From Adineta vaga (Eukaryota > Animalia > Rotifera), in the NCBI GenBank assembly GCA_021613535.1, contig CP075492.1, positions 9,052,001 to 9,116,000 of the forward strand: a DNA stretch of 64,000 bases, read 5' to 3'. Positions 11,113 to 27,248 of this stretch are shown one piece after another; positions within the stretch are counted from its first letter, which is position 1; each line of letters opens with the position of its first letter. The notes below the pieces were generated by a model. That model saw only the letters and a program-made list of their open reading frames with translations. It did not search any database and was not told where the DNA came from. The position numbers and the translations under genes were made by a program.

Positions 11113-14100
11113 TTATACAAAAAATGGACAGTCGCGATCAAGTTTTGAGCTTAGCACAATACGTTGACTTTTGATCATTTTCGAAATCTCGACAGATTCG
11201 TTCACCGGAATAGTTGGTTGATCAGTATTAGATTGTCTAAAACAACGACAAGAGAAACAAAATTAATATTAGAAGAAAATAAAAGTATCCTATCACTTAC
11301 GTGTTGACCATGACCGGATCATTAATATTTATATAATGAGCAGCACGAAATGCTAATAAATCAGCATATTTCACCGGTGCAGGAATTGATATCGATCGAG
11401 TACATCGAGCACTAGTATAACACAGAGCATTGGTCAATAATTGCACTTGATCAGGTTTAAGTTTATTATCATCATATAGAACATGATAATGTGTTGGACG
11501 ACTTGTACCCTAGGAAAAGAAAATATGAGCACATATTTTGAGATCAAAGACAAAACAGTAGTTCATCTTACTTTCTGTGCTTGATGACTAGTTAGAAAAA
11601 AGTCATAAGTTGTTGCATTTGTCACATCATGAGAATCAACAACAGTACCAGCTGGTACGTTTTCTTGTGAATTCACAGGAAAAAATCGAGTATGATGTCT
11701 CTTATTTACTACGATATAAGTTAAATAAGGTCGATAGACAGGTGATAATTCAACACAAGCTTCCCGAATGGCCATCAGTTCTTTCTCAAATATAGTATCG
11801 AATTCACTTTCTGAAATACCATCACGATAGATAACGATAGCTTTTGGTGGTTGTTCTTGATGTTTGTCATAATACTGACGAATCAAAGATTTCATAATTT
11901 CTTTCATATCGACAACATTTTCCCAACTTTCTCCTTTGGCATCTTTTGGTCGTTCTTGCATGTACACTTCTTTAAAATATCGATTGGGAATGTCATCTGC
12001 TGAAGCGACAACTGCTACTGCAGAACGTCCTCTACTTGAACCAGGTGCACCATGACTCAAATCGATGCCGACATACATGATCTGATGACCCTTTGAAAAG
12101 AATTGTTCGATTGGTTCGCTAGAATATGTGATTTTAGTCTGAAATAGTAAAAACAATAGTGAATAACTTACGGAACTTGTAGAATAGAATTGATTCCTTT
12201 TAATTTAGTATTTATTTTGAGCAAGATATTGTTCAATTTTGAATAACTCCATAGTTTTTTACCAGTTTTTATCATTTGAGTAGCGATTCCAAAACCAGAT
12301 TCCAATTCACACTAAGAAAGAAACATGACTTATTCAACATCGTAATTTGACTAAAAGCTATCTTACTAATTTTTTTAATTCACCATATATTCGATCTCTA
12401 ATATTGTCGTTGTCTGGTAAAAGAACGATAAAGAATTTACAATCGATGTTCTTTGTCATCATAGTATTGAGTTTTTTGATCATGTCAGCGATTGAATGTT
12501 GCTGCATGTTGTATTCTTCGAAGATAACAGGTGGAGGACAATTAATACCTCGATCAGCAGCAACTTTGCTCAATTCATTATAGAATGATTCACAATCGTT
12601 TTGATACAGTGATGACAAATTAATCATGGCCCATATGGATGGAAACTCGGTTGGTTGATAAAATTGATCACGAGTATTATTCCAAACACTAGATGATGTA
12701 CGTTGTTGATAGGATGTATTCCCTATCGTTGTATAACTAACGTTTGGACCCGGTAAAACACGAGCAGGTATCGTGAGCATACGTGTACCGACATCAAGTT
12801 GCCATGCTTTGATAAATGGATCATCATGAAAACATTGTTTTGTGGAACTATGACGAACGTCAGTGATACACTTCGCATAATCCACCGGTAATAAAGAAGA
12901 ATTCAAACAAAGAGATGCTCGTTGTTCATCTGTAATTCGTTTAACTCGAACTGGTACTGTGTCAAGAATTTCCATGGGAACATACGATTGTTTTTTCATT
13001 TCCACTGTGGGTAATGATGGATATCTGTACGGAGAAATACTCTATATTAATTATAAATATATTGCTTTACTAACTTTAGTTTATATCCATATTTCTCTTT
13101 AAAGAAGTTTTCCACGGTAATCAACTCATTGTTTTTTTCATTCCATGGAAATGTTTGTGTCGATGCTGGTTGACCAAAGCCATGAATAGTATAGCCAATT
13201 ACTTTTTTGCGTAACTGCGATCGAACAGAAAGATCTATTATCATAGATTAAATTATGAGTATGTAGAGAATATATCAATACTTACATTTACATTGTTTCA
13301 GTAGAAATTCAATCTCACCATCGTAATATTCAGCATTTTGATTTTGATCAAGGTAATTGACAACATCATTTATTTCTATTCGTGAAATATTTCGATCACG
13401 GTTATAATATTTGCCGCATGGACTATGACGCATTATTTCACATAGAAATTCAACAAACGGTTGTTTCTTTTGAAAAACTGCATGACTGACTAGAAAAGTG
13501 AATACGTTTGAATATCAATATATTTTGAAGCTAATACTCACTATCAAGATTCATCAATAATTGATTAGTACCTTTGCTAAAAACAAGACATGAATAAAAT
13601 CCACGCCATAGAGCTTTCCCTAAACCAAGATCCCAGTGACCGTATCTTTCGTCTATAGTTGGTTGTGAAAAAAATGTTCGATTATAAATAAAATCAGCTT
13701 TTGATGAACAACGTTCATGTGCTACAATAGATAAAACTTGTTTGATACTCTGCAGTCTAGTAGGTTCTAGATTATTGTCCGCTTGCGGTTGTTGAATATC
13801 TTCAAGGAGAGTAAGAGTTTTCAAATCGACTGGCTTGCCCACACGTTTAACGGTCAGCGAATATTGTTCATAGCGTCCTGCTCTATTAGGTCCCGATATC
13901 TCTTCATTAATTCCCTATAAGAAAAGATATTCATAGATAATATCATCATATATACTTACAAAAATAGGTCTACTTACAAATTCATCAATGTCTGATAGTG
14001 ATTCACCTAAGACAATGAGAGTATTTTGATTATCGAAAGCTATCTTATTCCGATCAGTTTGTGGATATTTTTCACAATAACGACGCAACCAAGATTCAAA

Positions 14101-14638
14101 CAACGCACTAGTATAGAATGATCACAATTATGAAAAAGTAGTCAGAATGAAATATGATTATTTACCGGCGTTGGTCACGAGAAATATCTGTATTTCGTCG
14201 ATTTTTCACATCAAAATGATATTGATAAACAAGTCCTTCACGTGGAAAGTTTTGAACTGAGAAATAATTGGCTCGAAGATTGATTGGTTGACCAGTTATT
14301 CCCAATTCCAATGGTTTAGATGGACGATCATACGTTTTAAATTGAGCATCGGTTAAATCTGATACTTCCCAACGAGGATCACCAGCAATCATATTTACTT
14401 TCAAATGTGGATCATTAGAAACTTTAGATTTCCCTTTAAATCGATCTCCACGACCTCGGCCAATAACAGTAGCCGTATGTAATGTGTTAGTTGATCTCAC
14501 ATCATTCGAAGTCGAAGAAGTATTCATTTCGATTATTTCCGATGCCATCGTAGGTGGAGCAGGAATTGATTCAGTACTAGCGGTGCCAGTGCCTTGTCGA
14601 GAACGTCCACGACCTTTAGATACTTGTGATGAAGCCAT
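11113..14638 (-). CDS. Argonaute family protein, copy B (tetrad D-E-D-D), about 10 exons
   Basis: LRANYF, PAZ ending YVPMEILD, L2 [76 protein letters not shown]-terminus CPFFV*. Confidence 0.93.
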
Positions 14639-15076
14639 TGTTGCAGTGAGGAATAAAAGAAAATGTTTAAACTTTCAAGTTATGCGAGTAATTCTATACA
14701 ATATATTTGACTCATATCACTGGGTTTTTCTTGACTATGCTTGTTTGCATTATTGCACCTTTCAACTTCAGAGAAAAAACTTACAGGACATACGATCAGC
14801 CAATAGTATTCATTGTAGCAGTTTTTCTCTCTTTCTTTTATTCTGTTTGCAGTACAAATAGATGTGTAAATCTTTACTAATGCAACAAAGAAAGAAATTC
14901 TCAAGTTTTATGTCATTTAGACGGCTTTTATTTTTTCTTTGAACAGTAGATTTCTATCATGTTACAATGTTAGAAAGTGCTGGAACTTAGACAATAGTAT
15001 AAAAGAAAAGATATTGCAAGTACGTATCGCATTCAAAACAGAAACAAATTGAGCTTTGTATTTCATAATCTTAAGA

Positions 15077-16516
15077 TCAATTGATTAACGAAGCAAATGA
15101 TTTTGTACTAGATGTTAAAATATCTGTTTGACAGTCGCCAAAATATGCTGTTTGATTTTGTGATAAAACGCAAATACCATAATAATGAACACATGCAGCA
15201 GCCACAACAAATACATGAAATAGTTGATGACTTTGAAACTAAGAAAAACAAACAATAAAACAATGAAGATAATCGATGAAATCATTGAACTTACCCAAAT
15301 ATCAAAAACACCGGGTGCTAATCGTTCAGGTATACGAGCTATTCAAATTAAAGAAATATATTTGTAGGAAAAAGTAAATGAATAGTATTACCAGCATAAA
15401 GAGCAGCACCAATAATATATAATGCACCTACTAAGAGAAGATATTGTGTTGCACCAGCTAAAATAAAATAGATTTCAGCGATTGCTTTACTGTTATACAT
15501 GAAAATTATGTTCATTATACCTGTAAATGCATGCTTGAAACCAAATCGTAAGATATAATGACAAGTTGGAATAAAACCAAAAACTCCGAATGTAATAAAT
15601 AATACTAGTAGAAGAAAAGAACAACGTTTCAATTTCTTTCATTTTACTAAAAACAGAAACATACAAGCACGATATACTCGATAATCTGATGATGCAAATC
15701 TATCCCACATAGAAATAACTATGCACGCAATTCCTAATAAACCGATCAATGATAGATATACAACTTTTGTTCCAAATTCGCAATAAAACTGATAATAAAG
15801 TAAAGGAACAACTGAACCAATAATTAAAATTGCAATACCACAATAATCAAGTCTAAATTATACCGATAATTAATAAAATACATGCATATATATTTATATA
15901 TAAATCAAATCTTACTTGCTAAAAAATTTAGATATTTTTGGTGAATGACAATACAATGTATGATACAATGTTGAACAAAGTAAACATATAATTGCACCAA
16001 GAAAAAATGCACCAAATATCATTTTCTTTTCTAAATGTACTTCACTCGTTGGTCGAGAAAGAAAATAAATAGCGATTACTACAAAAACGAGTGTTCCAAT
16101 TAGATGTGTCCAAATATTGACTGTTTCCGTATGTAAACGAAAGATAGATGCAAAACATTGTTTGACACTTGGCATAGGCGGACGATGTCCCGAAAGTAAA
16201 AATTCATTATCAACAAGCCAATGTGGAAGATGACTATGATCGACAACATAATGAACAACAAATTTACCAACTTCTTTAGCTTGTTCAACACATTTTGTTG
16301 GAACTTCAAGAACTGAATCAATTAAATCTTCTGTTTGATCATGTAGAGATTTATTCGAAAAATCACCAGTTGATGCATCCTAAATAAAATCATTAGACTA
16401 ACAGTTATCTCTTGGCCGCTTACTTGTAAATTAGTCAATAAACGTTTTCGAATTTCTTGTTCATCTGACTCACGATCATTCATAGATAGAGTATCTGATG
16501 ATACATGACTGTTCAT
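15077..16516 (-). CDS. ADIPOR: Adiponectin receptor (PAQR family) 7TM protein
   Basis: SIFRLHTETVNIWTHL, STLYHTLYCHS, LDYCGI, RIPERLAPGVFDIWFQSHQLFHVFV motifs across short-intron exons. Confidence 0.92.
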
Positions 16517-16707
16517 TCTTATTGAATAATAATGATGGTAATGAACCGAAAGAAAGAAATATCTGAAATAATTCTAGACAATACACATATCCAAATATTT
16601 AATGAATTTAAAAAACGTGAACAAAGAAGAAAACAACATCAAGCCAAAGGAAAAAAAACAAAGTTCAAGTTGATATGAATCATAAGAATAGTAAACATCG
16701 TTAACAA

Positions 16708-17956
16708 CTACTGTTGTGGTTGTATGGGATATCCATTCATAATCGAACCATTTTTTGATGACATCATCATTTGATGATGAGAATAAGCATTTGCTTGTTG
16801 CTGTTGTTGTTGTTGTTGTTTAGCATCGACAATCGGTTGAGGTAAAAATGATAATGGATTTAAATAATCTAATGAAGCGAAAAGTTTAATTTAGAAAAGA
16901 GAACTCTTCATTTTAGCATACTAGGCATTTGTGCTGGACCTCGAGCACGTGGCATCTGACTAGCATATGAAGCTGTCGCTGCAGCAACAGCAGATGGTGT
17001 CATATAGTTAAGATATGCTGAAAATGCTGATTGTGTTTGTGGAGATGGGTAACCGACAGCTGATGCTGGAGTTGAATTACGAGAAACTTGAGAGGAAGAT
17101 TGTGAATACATGGAACCAGGACTAGGTGGTCCTATGAAGAAAAATGAAAAGATTTTAGAAGAAAATATGTCAAAAAAGATCGTTACTTGGATGCATCTGT
17201 GAAACATGTGATGATCGTGATGATTTGCCCGATGGAGATGAATAGATATGTGATGATGATGGACTTCGTGGTCGTTTCGATGCAACATTTGTTGCACTTG
17301 TTGTAGGAATGAATGATTGTTGTTGAGGAGGTTGAGGTGGTGGTTTATATGCTAATAAACGATGTGATGGTTGAGTTGATAAATAATGTTGAGGATGATG
17401 AGCATATTGGGCCATTTGGGGATCTAAAAAAGCAGAGATACATGAGAATTAATCATTGATTAAAAGAATTATTTGATTTTACTTGGTGAATAAAGACTTG
17501 TCCATGATGGTTCTTTTGCTAATGGTTGTTGGGAATGTTTTCGACGATCTTCTTCAGTCAGGGCACGTTTTAATAAATTATACTGTTCAGACTTTTGCTG
17601 TTGTAATTCAGCTATTGTTCGTTCAAGTTGAAGAATATCTTTAGCATTATCTTCTAATTGCACTTTTGATGATGATAATGCTTTTGCCTAAAAACAATCA
17701 ACCATCATTGTCTATCATTGAAATAATCAATATGCAAACCTTTTCTTCTCTTCTTCTTTGTTTATCGGCTTCATTTGCATCTGCTTCTTCTTTCTTTCTT
17801 TGTCGTTCACGTAAAATATGCTTTTTCAATGCATCGCGCATTTCTGTTGGTAGACTCGCTCGTTCAATAACGACGGCAGGCATCTGAAAAATAGCAGATT
17901 CAATAGATTATGAACAGAGAAAAAGAAAAGAGTTACAGAGCGTTATTATCTGGCAT
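16708..17956 (-). CDS. GPS2: G protein pathway suppressor 2-like (NCoR/HDAC3 complex subunit)
   Basis: MPAVVIERASLPTEMRDALKKHILRERQRKKEE and LEDNAKDILQLERTIAELQQQKSEQYNLLKRALTEEDRRK resemble the GPS2 N-terminal coiled coil; P/Q/S-rich tail; start could be 17883 instead. Confidence 0.75.
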
Positions 17957-18114
17957 TTCTTGAATGAAAAATATACACACGAAGAAAGAACATTGACAAA
18001 AATTATAAGAATAATAAATAAAAACAGACGAGTACAATTGTTCGGTTATTTTTTTTTCTCAAGCATGTACACAACGAAAGAAAAAAGAAAAAGCGTGATA
18101 AGAAATTGAAAATA

Positions 18115-21960
<3,846 letters not shown>

Positions 21961-22258
21961 GTATTGACTAGATCATCTATGTAGAAAAATAACTAGTAGA
22001 ATTGTCGAGTGTACAAAATAACATTAGAAGTCAATGAATGAATCATCAGAAGCAGTTGCTACTTTGCTTGTTTGTGAACACCACCTGACTCATATATCAG
22101 TGATTGTAGCGATAAATACACAACACGAATATTCTCTCATTGGCCTCTTTATTTCAACCAATAGAAATCATTGTTTATTCTTATTATTTGTTATTATTAA
22201 ACTTGTCAAAAAAATATCATAATAAATATAGTTGAAAATTTTAAAATTATTTTCAAAA
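21961..22258. promoter_or_regulatory. Probable bidirectional promoter region between Vps34 and QPCT
   Basis: About 300 bp between divergent start codons; inferred from gene arrangement only. Confidence 0.4.
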
Positions 22259-23713
<1,455 letters not shown>

Positions 23714-24068
23714 TGAAATATTTTCATAATAAATTTTCATACATTTGATATATATATATATATATAAAGTTACAAAAAAACGTCTATTAGTACAGAAATA
23801 TCTTTCTAATGGATTAATCTAATTGTTAAATGTCGATTGTGCTTGAATAGATTTCTATACAAAAGAAAAACATGCATTTTTATTTTTATTCACTCAATTA
23901 CAATCTATATTCTCATCTCATTAAAGTAAAAAGGAGAGAGAAAGAGAAAAAAAAGGGTTGTTTCGTAAAAGTATAACCATGAATAAGAATGACACTTCAA
24001 TATGTCACCATTATAAACTATACGTAGGCACGTTCGCGTCATATAATTTCAAATAAAAAAAGAGAAAC

Positions 24069-24140
24069 GGGCCTGACCGGGGATCGAACCCGGAACCTCT
24101 CGCACCCAAAGCGAGAATCATACCACTAGACCATCAGGCC
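24069..24140 (-). tRNA. tRNA-Pro (anticodon TGG)
   Basis: Reverse complement GGCCTGATGGTCTAGTGGTATGATTCTCGCTTTGGGTGCGAGAGGTTCCGGGTTCGATCCCCGGTCAGGCCC folds as a cloverleaf with A and B boxes; T-run (Pol III terminator) follows. Confidence 0.96.
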
Positions 24141-25132
24141 ACGGTATCTGCTTCTAAATAATTCGGTTAAAAGATAATTATCAACTATCTTTAACGTCGC
24201 ATTACATATCATGGTATTCGTCACTCCCACCTCATCTTTACATCTATAAATAGAATATCAAATACATGCAAATTTTAACGACTAATAAATCATAAGAAAA
24301 TTTTTTCCAATTATTCTCTAAGCAGAAGTGTCTTCGAACGCTTCCTGTATTTCTTTGTCGAAAATTGTTGAGTATCTTGACATTGTTCAAGCGAATTAGA
24401 AGCATATTTGCATATTCTTCCTCCTTATATCATCGATCTTCAATATGAATTTTTCTTTCTACACTATTGACAGAATGGTTTTTGTTTCATATTTGATCAA
24501 TAGTTTTCTTTGCATACAACAAATATGCAACTTCAAGGTTGATATGAGTTCTACAAAACAAGCTTTTCTTTCTTTCTTTCTTTTTTATTTATTTAAATAT
24601 TTTTCCTAGACATTTTTTTAATCTTGTACTCTATTCATCGTGTTTTTCCCTGCCTATATACATGTATATATATATATAAATACTAGCAACGATGACAACA
24701 GACGTAAAAGAAATACATATATATAATATATATATATATATATAAAGTTTAAACAAACAAACATACATTAGACATACAATTGTATCTTTCAAACACATTG
24801 ATTCAAAAGCATAAATTAGAATAATACAAAAGAAAAGAAAAAAGAAGAAGAATGACAAAACGTTTGCTCAATAGTTTCTCTCATTTCGCATATCTGCATT
24901 TTTGATCGTCGTAAGAAAAAGATGAAATGAGAGAGATACCACATACAAATCAAAGAAATATGAAGGACAAAAACAAAAGATGAGAAAAGAAGACATTATA
25001 TACATATCTAGCGAATGAGAACTTCAAAAAATAATATTATATGAATATACATATACTAGATTAGAAAAACAAAGTCGATATTTAAATAGTTGTCTAACCT
25101 AGTTTTGACATGAGAACAAAGTTGCACTGAGA

Positions 25133-25510
25133 TCACTTGACTTTTATAATGCGTTGTTGAGAATCAAACAAGTCACGTTTATCATATAATTGTGCATGTT
25201 GATCCATGACGAATGAATCAAGATTTGCTGTATTGACATTGCCTTGAACACTAGTTGATGGTAATGAATAAAGCACCTTCCATTTACGTTTTTTATTCTG
25301 TTGTTTCGTCATTGCTAACGGTTGATGAGACGGAATTGTTGACGATTTCATATTATTATTTTGTGCCAATGGTCGTTTCGATTGCGGAGACGGTTGTTGA
25401 TGTTCATTTTCAATGACAACAAAATCTGATTCATCTTGATCATCGACGACAATCCATGAATCAGTCATTTGTTTTGGTGCTGATTTGAGGGCAGCATTAT
25501 TTTTAGCCAT
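25133..25510 (-). CDS. Small, probably disordered 125-aa protein with two tandem LIR/AIM-like motifs
   Basis: Clean ORF; DSWIVV and DESDFVVI motifs; KKRK basic patch; polypyrimidine-AG acceptor upstream at about 25560. Confidence 0.6.
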   Translation of the reverse strand: MAKNNAALKSAPKQMTDSWIVVDDQDESDFVVIENEHQQPSPQSKRPLAQNNNMKSSTIPSHQPLAMTKQQNKKRKWKVLYSLPSTSVQGNVNTANLDSFVMDQHAQLYDKRDLFDSQQRIIKVK

Positions 25511-27248
25511 TAATTTATTTTAAAGACGATTAAGTAATAGAAAAGAAAATGAGGAAAATCTAGAAGAAAAAGAAAAACAAATTTTTCTTTCTTACCAAGG
25601 TCATTTCCGTTTTTCTTTCTATCGAAGAAAAACCACTGATTTCTATCGGTAGACAAAACCAACCTGTTTGTTATGGAATGATTTCTTTTCGAAAAGATAG
25701 TAGATTTTATATATAGAAATAGTGACGATAGTACATAGACGAACGTTTTCTCTCTCTCGAACAATCGATAATGACGGAGAAAAAATGATGCTGGATCTTA
25801 TTTTCTACTCCGCTTATACGTTTTGACAATTACTGTGGCTGCTGTTGGTGACGAAGAAAAGAAGAAAAAAAAAGAGAAAACGAGAAAGAAAGAAAGAAAG
25901 AAAGAAAGAGAACGAACGATGACGATGTAGGCATGTGATCGTCGTTGTTGTGCGCATATCATGTGAATGTGCGCTCACGAGGTCCATGACATCATTACTA
26001 TTGGGCGAAAGAACAGACATTCATTGGCAGCAGTAGTGCATGTGCTGTGTATGTGGGCATGCGGTTATAAAGAAAGAAAAAGAGAAAAAAAGAACGAACG
26101 AACGAACAAACGATCAAACAAGTACATGAACTTCTGCTTTATATGGAACAAATCTGTATTAATATTTCGAAAGTTAAAAAAAATATTTCAAATTAGAAGT
26201 TTCCTTCTCATCGTTTTTATCTATTGATAAAAATACCTATTATATTACCTTGTTACTCAATCAACTGTAACAAAAGACGTTTCGTTAGTATAATTAACGT
26301 ATAATCAAAGCAATAAACCTTCATAATATGATAATATTAACTATTTCTCACCATTTGATGTTATCATAATGAAAAGCAATAGAAAAGTATCAACCAATGT
26401 AATCATTTTCAATCTATCAAAATAATAATTCATCGCAAAAGATTAATATGTCCAATGTTGATGTTTTATGTACTATTGTTCATCGAATGAGATCATATAT
26501 TTTAGTATCTATTGCTAATTAATATGCTCAAACAATATATCTAGATATAATACTTTCTTTAGTTTTTCTTCAAATTCCGAGATATGATTTAATTTTATTT
26601 CAATCTCGGTAATTTAAGATATATGATTTATACGAAGAATTCTATCAACAAAGCTGAAATAGAAATCTATATTTAATATGGAGGTCATTTTTGAGCAATT
26701 AACTGTTTAAAATCTGAAGAACACGCTCAAAATATTCTTTAATTTTGTAACAAAATGGATCATGCCATTGTAGGAAGTATCTAGATCATTGCAATTAGAA
26801 GGAAGAGTTTTTATCATAATAAGTCCTATACTTATATAGATCAAAACAGTGTTATTGTAAAAAGTAGTTCATCAGATATTTGTTTTAAAAGTAACCAGTA
26901 TTACATTCATCTACATCAATTACTTCAGAATGTTATGATATAGATCAAACAAGATAATCAATCGTATTTTAATGTATATGTTTATAGTAATGAAAACAAC
27001 ACATCACATCACATTATTCATAATAAAAATATGAGTCCTGTGGACAACATTCAAAGCAGAACATTTCTTCGATTTATTATATTTGTTTAGATGAAGACGA
27101 GAACAAGGAGAGAAAAAAATACGAAATATTATTTGAAAGACAAAAGAAAACAAACTATTAAATTCACATATATACATGAATAATTCGACAAATATGTATA
27201 TTTATTGTCGTCGATAGAGATATATCGAAGAGGGATTATCAACAATTT

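Noticed and set aside
7381-14638. Prokaryotic Argonaute defence operon
   Set aside because: Both genes have many spliceosomal introns and eukaryotic AGO motifs (KRHHTRF, GTSRP); neighbours are eukaryotic housekeeping genes
24631-26227. Short ORFs at 24631-24858, 25510-25764, 25814-26020 and 25967-26227
   Set aside because: Translations of low-complexity UTR or promoter sequence (TA, GAAA and T runs) with no protein-like features
26575-26612. CCGAGAT...ATCTCGG inverted repeat
   Set aside because: A 7-bp stem is expected by chance in 64 kb and has no supporting context
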